From: Heteronotia binoei
Lineage: Eukaryota
Direction: 5' to 3'
Length of the DNA stretch: 64,000 bases
NCBI RefSeq assembly: GCF_032191835.1
Contig: NC_083224.1
Coordinates: 52,018,001-52,082,000 of the forward strand
Under the pieces are notes generated by a model that was given only the letters and a program-made list of their open reading frames with translations, was not told the origin of the DNA and did no database searches. Positions 48,225 through 61,162 of this stretch are shown here, piece by piece (positions within the stretch are counted from its first letter, which is position 1; each line of letters opens with the position of its first letter). The position numbers were made by a program, and so were the translations under genes.

Positions 48225-48400
48225 ATTAACTCATAGTAACCCCATCCAGAGGGCATTCTAGGCAAGAGACAAGCAGAGTTGGTTTGCCAGTGCCTTCCTC
48301 TGCATAGCAATCCCCATTTTCCTTGGTGGTTTCCCATGGAAGTACTAACTGTGGCCAGTCTTGCCAAGTTCTGACCATCTCAGGTTAAGCTGGGCTGTTC
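48225..48400 (-). mobile_element. 5S-derived SINE (same family as 34740 and 39530)
   Basis: Reverse complement of gttagtactt..gggaaaccaccaagg..gctatgcagaggaaggc. Confidence 0.6.
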
Positions 48401-49516
48401 AGGCTGTGAGGGAGAAACAAGGGGAAAGTAAGTTGAATTTCTTAACAAATGTTGATTTTAATTATATATTATGAAATGTTAATTTTAAAGTGTAATTTTA
48501 TATTTTTATGTTGGTTTTATATATGTTGTAAGCCGCCCTGAGCCACTCGGTGGGAAGGGCGGGATATAAATCCCAGATAAATAAAATAAATAAATAAATA
48601 AACTTTTTCTGCACAGGCAGCAGAAGCCGTATCAGATTATATTTTTAGGAGCACACCTAATATTTTAAGTTCATACCTTCAAAAATACAGCGAGATTTGC
48701 ATTCATATATTTATAAATTTAAGCACTGGACAACACACTAATTTGGAAGGTGATCTTGGTAGCAGTTCCTGTATACTCATTGGCAAATTTGGGTTTTACT
48801 TCTGCATGCTATGCAAAATGGGCAAGAAATTTTTATACAGCCTGTTGATCAATGTTGCCACATACCATTTATATATCTTAAAAAATAAAAATAGAATATA
48901 AATGATTCACTCTTAATCAGTGTGAAACTATTATGTTTCATGTCTGTGAGGGGGAAAGTAGCAAACAGTTCTTTTTTAAGTCAACCCCCAAAGGTAGAAT
49001 AAGTTTCAAAATGGACTCAACTTTAAAAGTTTGGGAACTACTGATACAGGCAATTTAAAGGCCAGGGAGCTTGACCCAGCCTTGAAAATCTTTAAACTAG
49101 GATGGTGATTAAGGGTCAGGATGCTTCTGGGATTTTACCTTTAGATAATATTGTATTGGTTTAGCTAACTTTAACTGAACACCTAATATTTAACCTATTG
49201 TATCATGCCCCCTGTGCTCTTTGGCTGGACCAAGCCTGCAATTTGAACAAAGAAGTAAAGATGACAACAATATGCTGCAAATTACAACTTACTGGATAAT
49301 TTTAAATGTTTTTAAGGTGTGTTACATAACAGTTAACAAACCCAGGGTACAAGGTGTTCCCACCATATAACTACATAGTGTAACTAAGAATGAATGTCTT
49401 ATCTGCTTCTTCAATGCTTACAGGACTTGGAATGAACAGAACACAGTGCTTTTTGTCCTATATTCTAGTAATTTAATACTGGGATTCTTGCAATTCTAGA
49501 ATTATTATATTCAAAA

Positions 49517-49632
49517 AGGAAGTGGACAGAATGGAGTGGGGTGCAGAGGAGAGCAATGAAGATGATTGGGGGCCTGGAGACCAAGCCCTATGAGGAAAGG
49601 CTGAGGGACTTGGGAATGTTCAGTCTGGAGGA
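49517..49632 (+). mobile_element. CR1 RT C-terminal fragment
   Basis: QRRAMKMIGGLETKPYEERLRDLGMFSLE. Confidence 0.85.
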
Positions 49633-50599
49633 GGCTGAGGTGGGGGGCAGTATTGCCTCAAGGCCTCTTTTATTGTTCATTTGTGGAAGGTTCTTTGAGA
49701 CGGTGGATTTTGTGGGGGGTCTTGATGGAGTTTGGGATTTGTTTGTTAAGTTATTGGAACACTATATTTGTAAATTCATTATAATGCAATTTCTAGTAAA
49801 TTCTGTAAGAAACACACATGAAAAATCCTTTATTATAAGATTTGTGTAGTGTCTTTATCACAGTATTGTGTTTTGTTGGGTAGCTTCTATTATACTGTGC
49901 TCCTCTAATTTTCTCTATGTTCTGGAACTAATATGTGGGAAGCAGATTCCAATGTTCTTTCAGTCATGTGATGGTGGTTTAGAGCAGCAACCACCCACTA
50001 AAATGAGTAGCTAAGTAGGATTCCTCTTCTTGGAGGGCGTCAAATAAACTGCATTGATGATCATTTTACCCCACGCATGCCCTGGATGTGTGTAAATTCC
50101 TGACTCCCTCTTGGCATGATATAGCCTCCCCACCCCCCACAGTGTAACTTATGGCCTGATAGGTTCACAGGTGATGACAGAGCTTTGAACAAGTGTGGGC
50201 GGGCTGTACCACTTTAGGCTGCAGACTCAGGATTCCAGCACTAAATAGCCTTTCACATAAAAACATTGCACACCAATAGAACACGAATAGATCTTTTATT
50301 GGTTGGAGCTGCTGGTTTCCTGTTTTAGTTATTCGTTTTAATTCATTTATACCCCGCCATTCTCCTCAGGAGGGACCCAAAGAGGGGGACATCCTTTTCC
50401 TCTCCTGCACCTTTATCTCCACAGCAATCCCGTGAGGTAAGTGAGGATGAGAGAGTGCGACTAGCCCAAGATCACCCTGCAAACTTCTATGGCACCAGTG
50501 GGGATGAGAAGAAGCCGGCTGACGTAGAGACTAGTCCGACCCTCTGAACTTGTTTGGCAGGGAGCATTTCCAAAAGAGTGGCTCCTGAGATCCTCCCCC

Positions 50600-51300
50600 A
50601 GCAGTCCAAAGTCCCATCTCATTGCGCATCCCTCGCACGTGGGAAGCCGACCGGGTGGGGTGTGGGTGACATTCCCCCTGATGCCTACTCGGGTCTTCAG
50701 TAAGGGGCGTCCGCGGCTCACGAAGCTGGGGGGCGGTCCCTGGGTGACAAGCCCCGCCCACTAGCCAGCCTCCTATCGGCCGGGGCCTGCCATCGCTCGC
50801 CCTCCTTTCCCCAGCCGCTGCTGCGCCGGCTCCCCTCCAGCTCCAGCCCGGGCGGGCGGGCGCTTCAGTCACTTCCGGAGCAGGCGCCCGCCTGGGTGGG
50901 CAGAGAGGCGCGAGCAGGATGGCGGCGGCAGTGGCGGCGCCGGGGGCTGCTGCAGGGGCAGCCGAGAAGGAGGCGAGTCAGCAGAGCAGCCTGGGCGCCT
51001 ACTCGCCCGTGGACTACATGAGCATCACCAGCTTTCCCCGCTTGCCCGAGGAGGAGGCGGCGGCGGCTGGCAGCGTCAGCGCGGCCGAGAGCTGCCTGCG
51101 CTCCAGGAAGGAGGAAGATGCGTTCCTGGGAGAGCAGGACACCGGTGAGAGCGGACGCCTGCCTGCCCGCCTCCACCCGACCATCCTTGTGATTCCATCC
51201 ATGCATCACCTCTCCCTCCCTCTCACCATCCCGGCCGCCTGCCGAGCATCCCTCCGCCAGCCTGCCTGCCTTTCCATAGGTGCATTGCTCTCAGGACGCC
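50600..51300 (+). promoter_or_regulatory. GGT7 CpG-island promoter
   Basis: CpG-dense; GC boxes (gggcgggcggg near 50850) and ETS-type ACTTCCGG at 50871-50878 just upstream of the ATG. Confidence 0.8.
50919..51144 (+). CDS. GGT7: Gamma-glutamyltransferase 7, coding exon 1
   Basis: MAAAV...EKEASQQSSLGAYSPVDYMSITSFPRLPEEE...RKEEDAFLGEQDT, matching the human GGT7 N-terminus; donor G|gtgaga. Confidence 0.96.
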
Positions 51301-52703
51301 CCCCCCACCCCGCCTGCGTCATCCCTTCCTCCTGTCCCCAGGCATTTGGCTCCAGCCCAGCCCCCTTTCCATGATGCGGCCATCCTAGCATCCTTGGCCT
51401 CAGAGAGCAGCTGCCCGGCCTCCATCCCTTGGGCTTGCACTCCTCTGGGTGTCCCAGCCCACTGTCCCATGAATCTGTAGCTCGCTGTTCTGCAGCCATC
51501 TTTTCCTATTTCCCCTTTCCCTCCATATCAAGAGATCGTGCTCCAAGCATCTTTTGGTGCATGTCTCGTTGTGCTGTTCCTGCCACTTCCTTCCACATTT
51601 CTGTCGTTTCCTTTCTCTTGCCTTGCTGGCATTCTCCTCTGTCTCCCATTTCATTTTCAGTTCCTTCTCCCTGCTTTTCACTGTTGGGGCAATAAAGTAA
51701 GTGACTTTACTGCTTCTATTTCTCCAAAGCTTGCAGTCTGTAGATGCACCCGCCACCCATATTTTTACTTTTCCAATAAACTAGCTTGCCCCGATCTTCA
51801 TCATCTTCCAAAGTCTCACTTTCTTTAGCAAAATTCCCAAGTGCTGTTTAAGGGAGCTTTTTGGATCTTATGATTTCCCCTCTCTTTCTTTTGTCCATTG
51901 GATAGCAAGGTGAGATGTGCTCAGAGGCTGGTCTTTGGGGTGCTGCCAAGTTAATTACTGAGCCTTATTGATTCCAACCAGAGAATCTGATGCTCTTCTG
52001 TTGAATCCTTTTTGTCCCCTAATGCTTGAAAAGCAGGTGGAAATGGTTTGATAGGAAATAAGAGAGCAAAAACTGGACCACTGCAATTCTAACCCCCCCC
52101 CTCCCAAATCTTTTATTGCCTTACCAACAACAGGTAGTACCAAAGAATATATTTCTGGACTTCAAGATTCACACACTGCAAGAGCCAGATTAAATTAGAC
52201 AGGAGCTGTCAAGACCTACACATTTCATAATTTCAGATTCTTTTACAGTTGTTTAACTGAGTACATGTTTATCCTACCCTTACTCCAAGGAGTTTAGGGC
52301 ATTGTATATGGTTCTGCTTGCCCCTCCAATTTATCCTGACAACAACTTATGGGAAGTAGGTTATGCTAAAAGAGAATGAGTGGCCCAAGGTCAAGTCAGT
52401 AAGTTTTGTGGCAAATGGGGTTTGAACCTGGATCTTCCCTGGCATAGTTAAACACTCTTAACCACTCTGTCATGCTGGGTTTCAGAGGTGACGTGCAGAC
52501 AGTAGAGTTTCTATTTGGTTGTGTGTATCTGGCAAGACTGAAGCAGAATGTCCCTTGTAATATTACAATGGACCCATCCAGCAAAGCTGTCTGAGAGTAG
52601 GTTCAGGACTGACAAAAAGAAGTAAAAATTCTTCACCTGCTGTGTAATGATTTGTAAAGCAAGTGCTTGTGTCATCTCCTGTAGCCTATTTTTTTAGAGG
52701 TGG

Positions 52704-54982
52704 AGGTGTGGCTCAGTGGTGGAGCATCCATGGCATACAGAAGATCTCTGGTTCAATCCCATGGCACTTCTAGTGAGAAGGATCAGTTAGTAGGTGATGT
52801 GAAAGACCTCTCTCCAAGATCCTGGAGGGCTGCTGCCAAGTGCTGGACCATACTGACCTTGATAGACTAATAATATGGTTTGGTATAAAGCCGCTTTATG
52901 TATTCCCCTTCTTTTGTCCAGATCATCTTAGACTCTAATAGAAACAAGTGTTTGTGTGTTTAATATTTTCTTACCCTCCCAGACCTTTGAAACCTGGAAA
53001 AAATAAACATTTAATGTCATACCCTTGTGTTTATATGTCAGTGCATCTGTTCTCATGTGCTTATGCATAATTTGGTTTGAATACTAAAGAATTTCCTATT
53101 TGAAGTTTGTTTGATTGCCTGTCAGTTAGAAAAGCTGGGAAGCATCTTGCTGGGATCTCAGTATCTTTACCAACTTCTCTGCCTATTATTGCATATGTGG
53201 GTCTTCCAGACTTCATAAACACTTGATGTGAACATTTTAACAGTTGCAAATACTGACTATTCCAGCTATGTGGGCTTTTAATAAAACTATATATTTTCCA
53301 TTTTTATAATGGTTGTTCATTATAATAATACTTTGTATAGTAAATTTCAAACGATCAAAGCATATCACATGCCTTATCTCAGTAATCAGAGTATCCTATG
53401 AACAATGCAAGCTTTTTGTTTCTCTGTTGAAATCTAGTCCTCATTTTCCCTTTTCCAAAGATGCTTTCATATCTTAATTTCTCTAATGATTGTAGCCTCA
53501 AAACAGAAAATATTTTATGTATCTGTTATCGTGTGTTGGGTGGAACTAGTCCTTTTGATAAAAGGTTTTGTGTAATAATTGCATCTCCCTGCCCCTTGTG
53601 CTGGCGTTGACCTTTCTAGTACAGACTGTACTCATTCATGCCACACACAGCAACCTCTCCCAAAGCTGATGTATCTTTGTAAAAGATATGCATCTTTAAA
53701 GATGTCTTTAACTTGCTAAGCAACACAAGTTGATTAATAATTGAATTTTGGCCTTTTTGCATTTTTTGTCAACCTTAAAAATTAAAAAATACTCTGCATC
53801 TGAAGCATACTATTAGTCTTCATACCATTTTTTGCCAGAGAGTCATGTGTATTTGGAGAAACTTCCACATTTTTACCTCTCCTTGTATACAAGTATCTCT
53901 GTTAATAGAGAGGCAGGGCACACTTACTGAGTTCCTACTGCTTTCCATGGCTGTGAACATCCACCATCTGATTATTTCTCTGTTCCCCCAACCACAGTGG
54001 CACTGACAAGATCAAGGGAAATTCTCATTTTGTGTGTTTGTATGTGTGCAGAATATTAATGTATACCAGGAATCAGGGCTTTTTTTGTAGCAGGAACTCT
54101 TTTGCATATTAGGCCACACACCCCTGATGTAGCCAATCCTCCAAGAGCTTACAGGGCTCTTCTTACAGGGCCTACTGTAAGCTCTTCAATGATTGGCTAC
54201 ATCAGGGGTGTGTGGCTTAATATGCAAAGGAGTTCCTGCTGCAAAAAAAGCCCTGCCAGGAATATATGTTCCATTTTGGAGGGGCAACAAGCTCCATCCT
54301 GGGGAAATTGCTGGGGTTTTCCCTTGAAGAGGGCAGTTTCACCAGCACAGATGAAACTTGTAAGACTCTCTTCTGAATTATTTTCTCAGCCATGGCTGAG
54401 TGGTCGAGCATTTGCTTGGCACGCAGAAGGTTCAACCCCAAGCATCTCTAGTTTAAAGAATCATGCTGTAGGTGATGCAAAAGACCTCTGCCTGAGATGC
54501 TGGAGAACTGCTGCCAGTCCAAGTGTACAGTGCTTGACCTTAAAGAACCAGTGGTCTGATTCAGTATAAGGCAGCTTCACATTTGTCATGTGCACCCAAC
54601 CTGTCAGCTCCACTAGCATCAAGGTGGTGGTAAAGCAAACAGCAATGGAATAAATGGGTAGGTGATGCAGAAAGGTGGCCTACATACCGTCAAACAATCA
54701 CCAAACAAGTCATGATGGGACTGGAGCCATATCTGTTTACAGGGAGATGTGGCCCATTGTCCAGGTAGACTTGGATAGAGGAGGAGCTGTGGCTGCTTTC
54801 AGTCTGCTTTCAGTGCTGAAGATCCCAGGTTCAATCCCTGGCATCTCCAGTTAAAAGGACCAAGCAGTAGGTAATGTGAAAGGCCTCTGCCCAAGACCCC
54901 AGAGAACTGCTGCCAGTCAGAGTAGACAATACTGACCTTGACAGACCAATGGTCTCAATATAAGGCAGCTTACAGTGTTCAT
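52704..54982 (+). mobile_element. Three copies of a tRNA-head SINE with CR1-like tail (about 52704-52905, 54390-54582, 54783-54982); minus-strand copies near 44345-44480 and 60045-60210
   Basis: gctgtggctcagtgg..gagcat..gaag.tccc.ggttcaatccc.ggcatctc head and ctgaccttga..gacca.tggtctgattcagtataaggcagctt tail. Confidence 0.7.
54074..54255. mobile_element. hAT MITE (CAGGGCTTTTTT family)
   Basis: TIRs and perfect TSD ccaggaat (54066-54073 and 54256-54263). Confidence 0.88.
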
Positions 54983-55777
54983 CAGAGAAGCATGTCTTCC
55001 ACACTAGCTGGAGATGTCTAGGGAAACATAACTTATTGTGAGTGGTGATAGCGTGCATGATATGTGGCAGAGGACAACTAAATGTGCTTAAAAATACATG
55101 TGTCACTTCAGCTCTAGACAACTGGCAATCAGCACCAGGATCAGCAGAGGTGATGTCTAACCTGCAGGTGACAGTCACCATTCTAGTTATCTGAAAATAC
55201 ACTACGATTGCTGAAGAAAGTGGAGGTCTGGAAATGTTAGCTAGACACAAAGTAGATCTCCAGTGGGTCTTCAGATGTCTAATATTTTTTTTAAAAAATC
55301 CAGAGCAGAGGGAGAAATGTGGATTATGGCTGCTGTGCTGAGATGCAGGGGATGTTCCCTCATGCCCCACACAATCACATGTGTAGAGACTAGGGTCAAC
55401 AGAGGCTTCGTGTGTGGAAATGAGCAAGTGAGCTTTTTTGTAGCCTGGCAAATAACATCCCACTGACCCACTATTTAAGAGACAGACTCCTTTTTCCTCC
55501 AGGTAACCCTAGTAAGCCCTGACTACAAATATACTGTACATAACTGGATACTGCAATATCTTTGCTCTACAAGCAATCATTGATTTCCTGGATTGTGTTG
55601 TCTATGCAGGAAAATCTAGCTGAGAAAGAATGTGATCATGAAATACCCAATAATGTCTTGAAAGACTGTTTTCTAATTCATGTTCTTGACTAAGCAGAAA
55701 TAGGTTAAACCAACTTTTGTGGGGTCAGTTTCATTTGTGTGGTAACACCTTGTGCTTCAGAACAATTCTGAAACTAT

Positions 55778-56515
55778 CAATCAATCATTTTATTTATATC
55801 CCGCCCTCCCTGCCGAAGCAGGCTCAGGGCGGCTAACAACATTAAATCAATACATTAAGTTATACAATAATGTTTAAAAACAATAACTAGTTTAACAATT
55901 TAATTAAAATTCTAAAATTAATAAAATCAACATCCTGGTGCTATTTCAGCAGATGGTAAATTTACTTAGCAGTCTCTCTCTTTAATCGGTGAAGGCCATC
56001 CCAAAGAGGATGGTCTTGCAGGCCCTGCGGAACTTCAAAGTCCCGCAGGGCCCGCATTTTTTCCGGGAGCTGATTCCATAGGTGTGGAGCCATAGCAGAG
56101 AAGGCCCGCGTGTGGGTACTCTGTAGTTTTACCTCTTTCGGCCCGGGGATGGTCAGCAGGTTTTTCCCTGCTGACCTCAGTGCTCTCTGGGGTTCATATG
56201 GGGAAAGACGGTCCCTCAGGTAGGCAGGTCCTCGGCCATATAGGGCTTTAAAGGTAATAACCAGCACTTTGTAACGAATCCGGTATATAACCGGCAACCA
56301 GTGCAGCTCGCACAGCCCTGGCTGTATGTGCTCCCACTTTGGGAGCCCCAATAACAGCCTAGCAGCCGTGTTCTGCACCAGCTGCAGCTTCCGGGTTCGG
56401 CACAGAGGCACCCCATGTAGAGGGCATTACAGTAATCCAGTCTCTAGGTGACCGTTGCATGAATCACTATTGCCAGGTCCTGACGCTCTAGGAAGGGGGC
56501 CAACTGCCTTGCCCG
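55778..56515 (-). mobile_element. L2 3' fragment in GGT7 intron 1, same subfamily as 18485
   Basis: RTRKLQLVQNTAARLLLGLPKWEHIQPGLCELHWLPVIYR is nearly identical to the 18485 copy. Confidence 0.92.
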
Positions 56516-59500
56516 CCTCAAATGAAAAAAGGCTGACTTTTTTCATTTGAGGAACATATGAGCATAGGCTGTTTGTAGAAAAATAGAAAGTTGCATTACT
56601 TCCATTACTCACTAGTCCTGTTAATCATCTCAGAAGGTGGAGCCCATAGTTCCCTGTGCTGTACTGATGGAAAATGTGGGATGGTATTCAAGATACACAG
56701 TGGAGAAGGGAAAGGTCAGGAAAGAGCATATTTGCTCTCTTGAGTTTCTGGCAATTTTGATATTCTTCCTGGTGGCCAATTTCCAATGTGGAGTTTAAAA
56801 AATAATTCACAGTTTTAAAGCGACTGCAATGTGTACTGAGTCCAAATCCCCTTTGCTTTTACTGCACTGATTACCAGCTGATTAGAGAAAGCATGGAGCT
56901 GTATCCAGACTAGCATTTCTGTAGGCACAAGGACTTCTACTCATGGAGCAAGATTTTCCGATTCCCTTTCAAGCTGCTGTGGAGGAGGGATGGCAGCGAA
57001 ATCATGCTCCATGGGTGGAAGTCCTTGGTGTGTGGAAATACTAGCATAGACCCAAGCTGTTATTCCCAATCATTCTCCTTGCTCCCAAAGCAGATCATCA
57101 GCACTCTGATACTGTTGGGCAGAAGTACCTTTTAGAGCATAGCTCCATGTTCTCCTTGGATCTGTGTTGTCAAACATGTATTCTGAGTTCCATACTGGGG
57201 TGGGAATTTAACCCCAGACCCATGTAGGATTGATTTGTGTAGCAATCATAATGTGCAAGGAGAGGGATCTGAAACAGCTTTGGGGGCTCCACATGTCCTG
57301 ATGGGGTACACCTAGGTTTCCTGTGTGGGGCCAACAGCTCCCCTAAGGCCATTTCAGGTCAGAGAAAAGGCATGGAGGAAGACTTAAGCTCCCTCCTCAC
57401 ATTCCATGGCCTCAGTCTAAATCAGACACATAGAATTCACAATACATATTAGATCACATGGACCCAAGGAGAAGGAGAAAGCATAACATGTTGTTAGACC
57501 CTTATGCACGTCTCTGGCTTGGGGTGTCAATAGGGTTACTAATCCCCAATTGGAGGCAGGGGACCCCCTTGCTTGGAGGCCCTCCCTTGCTTCAAGGTTA
57601 TCGGAAAGCGGGGGTGGGGGGAGTTGACTGTCCGCTGGCCACTCCATTTTACCCTATGAAGACCAGTTCCCATACGGCATAATGAAGACTCAATCCGTGG
57701 GTATCTGGGGCTCTGGGGGACTGTTTCTCAAAGTAAAAGCACTAAATTTTCAGCATAGCATCTGGTGCCTCTCCTCAAAAACTCTCAAGTTTCAAGAAGA
57801 TTGGACCAGGGGATCGAATTCTATGAGCCCCAAAAGAAGGTGCCCCCATCCTCCATTATCTCCTATGGAAGGAAGGCATTTTAAAGAAACACAGTCCCTT
57901 TAAATGTGATGACCAGAGTTCAATTGTGCTTGTCACATCCTTGCTACTGGGTCCACCACCAAAGTCCCCAGATATTTCCTGAGTTGGACCTGGCAACCCT
58001 AAGTGCCAGAATCCTGAAGACTTTAGGAAACAGACTGGTTATTCCTAAATTGAATATTAGCGTTGTGAGAGCTTTCAGGCTATCACCCAGTGGTGTCACA
58101 GACAAAGCAAAATAATGTTCTAATAAGGAGTAGAGAGCAGAGTAGACTGAAATTCCGATTTACCCCCAAATTAAACTTCTACTACCTTTTATAAAAAGCT
58201 TGGAATATGCTGCTTTAGAAGCACAACACTAGCATTTGATTTACGCTGATTTCTTGAACTCAGCTTGAGACTGGTGGTTAATTATGGGTCATAGTTTTCT
58301 TTTTAAAATTCTCAATTCAAATATGTTTAGATTTCCAGTGCCTTTTGTTGGTAATCTACCTGCATCTGAATAAGTACTGCTTTGAACAGAACAGTTGTTT
58401 ATGTCACCTATTTCAATATGTAATTATATGCATCACAACGTGGAACTGTGTACTATATTTATTCAATGTGTTTTAGAGCAGTGAATCCTTAGGACAAAAT
58501 ACAGGTTAAGTGAGCATGTTTCCTTAACTTTGGCTGCATGGGTTCTTCATTTGTTGTGATGATGATCCAGGCTTCAGCAGTTATCAAGCAAGTGCTGCCA
58601 AGAAAACGGTGTAAAAACATGGTTCTTTCCAGCTTTGAATAATCATCACATTAGAATGTATTTAAATACAAGGTTCATTTCACTTTCTTTCTGACCCCTA
58701 TAAGCAGTGGGACCACTCTGGTGCCACCAAGAGTTAGGTAAATATTTGGGTGTCTTTTTATTGTCTAAACAAGGAATGTCTAAACGTGACCATTTTGCAT
58801 TTTGAATCATGTTCGGGGAGTTCTAAAGGAAATGAACTGAGAGCAAAAGAATGGAATTGTGATTACATACATGGGTGTTAAAGAGATCAGATGCAGTTCA
58901 TATATTGTGTTGTTCTGCCTTCACTGATCCATATTGACAGAGCAGAGAGGGCAACTGCATAACCAGTTTAGATAAGGACTGTGCTCGGTGAGTTTCCTAG
59001 TTTAAGAATTTAGGGACTGCTGGATTAGACGAAAGCAATCCATCCAACATCCATCCATGACAGTAAGCCTAGGAAGATGAAACAGAATATAGTTGTTCCT
59101 TTTTGTTTGTTCTCAGCATCGTGAATGCTCCTTGGAGAATAAGGCTAAAATATGAAGCTACCTCTGAATATGAAGCTGCCATTTTTAGCTGCTCTGGTAT
59201 TGGTAGACCCATCCTTCCTAAATTAGTCACTTGCTTCTGAGAAGTACACCAGCTTGGAGCCATCAGAATATCTATAGGCAATGAATGCTGTCAGATGTGT
59301 CCTGTGTGAAAGTGTGCACTGTCAGAACTCATCAGGTTAAAAATAGGGACTTGACAACTAAAAGTCAGCCTTTGTCTCCAGACCATTTCAGTGCTGCAAA
59401 TACAGAATTAATCTGGAATCATGGGAGCTTTTGAAACTTATAGGGAACATTCAGACTGAAGGAAACAGGCATACAGATGCACAACAGGTTCAAAATATGC

Positions 59501-60488
59501 AATCTGTGAAGGGCAGCATTCCTCCTAACAATTTCCACTATGCCATAAAGGTCGCTGGATGATCTTGGACTAGCTACTCAGCTAAACTTACTTCACAGGG
59601 TTGTTGTGAGAATCAAATGAGTTGGGGAAGAACATGTATGATTTTACCCAGGAAAATTCAATGAGCACACACCCAAAATTAAAAGCTTATACCCAGAATT
59701 AAACTTTGTTGGTCTTAAAAATGCCACTGGACTCAAACTTTGTTCTATGGCTTCAGAACAACATAGCTACCAACCTGAATCAGTTCCAAATGGTCACTGT
59801 AGCACGCTGATTGCACAATATCCACCAAAGAGAGGATGCAGCCAAAGGCTAGTTCTTAAAATTGTATTAAGCATCTTGCCTCCCTGTACTGAAATTTATA
59901 CTAGGCATCCCTCAGCTGCTTTTTTCTTCATAACAGTGCACATTCCCAGTATCATAAGAACACATGACAGGCAAGGTCAGGGTGCAAGCAAAAACCATGA
60001 GTAGCAAGTACATAGGACGAGTGATGCTCCACATTAGCACATGAAGGTACTTTCCACTGTCAGATCATTGGTATATTATTGTCTCTTCTGAGAGGCAGGG
60101 CTTCTCCAGGGTCTCAGACAGAGGTTTCACATGACCTTTACCTGGAGATGCTAGGGACTGGACCTGGGCCCTTCCTCATGCTAAACAAATGTTCTGCCAC
60201 TGAGCCAAAATCCTCTGCTAGGGTGTAGACTGTCCCACTTCACTATAGCACTGCTTTAAGACTGCCAGGAGTTAATGGGAAGTCTGTGTAAGATGACCCC
60301 ATAATAGCTGCAACTGAGCCAGAAAATCTGAAAGCACAGGCAGAGAAAGGAGGCAATAGTCTTTGGAGCAGGTGCAACAGGTGTGTCTGCATATGCTTTG
60401 GAAGAAGGAAAAACTGAGCCTGTGTCTGTTCAGCATCTCACTCCCCTTTGGTTCTCTCTCTTCCTCCCTCCATCCTTCCTGCATGAAG

Positions 60489-60715
60489 ATCCAGACTCCT
60501 TCCTAAAATCAGCTCGCCTTCAGCGTCTGCCTTCATCTTCCTCGGAAATGGGCAGCCAGGACGTCTCACCACTCCGGGAGACCACCAAGGACCCATTCTC
60601 TGGGGACTGCAGCTGTCGCCAGGATGGTCTGACTGTGATCATCACCGCCTGCCTAACGTTTGCTACAGGAGTCACGGTGGCCTTAATCATGCAGATCTAT
60701 TTCGGTGACCCCCAG
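60489..60715 (+). CDS. GGT7: GGT7 coding exon 2 (includes the TM anchor)
   Basis: DPDSFLKSARLQRLPSSSSEMGSQD..PLRET.KDPFS..CSCRQDGLTVIITACLTFATGVTVALIMQIYFGDPQ; long pyrimidine tract then aag|, donor CAG|gtaaga. Confidence 0.97.
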
Positions 60716-60907
60716 GTAAGAAGAGATCTTTGATTGTTTGTCGTTTCCCTCTGGATTAGAACGATGGTACTGACATTCACATGAATAAGAGCAGATTCTA
60801 CTCTTGCAGGGACCACCTAGATTCAAGTCTGGCAGCACCTTAAAGCCCACAAAAATTCCAGGGTACAAGTTTTTAAGGGCCGAAGCTCCCTTCATCTTAC
60901 TTATTTC

Positions 60908-61108
60908 CAGGGCACTTTTTTTTTTAGCAGGAATACACTGGAACACAGTTCCACCTGGCTTGGCATTAGGGGGTGTGGCCTAATATACAAATGAGTTCCT
61001 GCTGGCTTTTCTCTACAAAAAAGCCCTGTGTGAAACAATGGTGACCTAATAATGTGACCTAATATTCAAATGAGTTGCTATTTAGCCTTTTCTACAAAAA
61101 AGGCTCTG
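60908..61108. mobile_element. hAT MITE (CAGGGCTTTTTT family)
   Basis: Perfect TSD cttatttc (60900-60907 and 61109-61116). Confidence 0.8.
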
Positions 61109-61162
61109 CTTATTTCCTACTTGTATCATTCAAAGGGAGCTTTGACTTTCTACAGCTTATAC

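Noticed and set aside
54831-55463. 210-aa antisense ORF in GGT7 intron 1
   Set aside because: The C-terminal part is translated SINE sequence and the rest has no recognisable domain.
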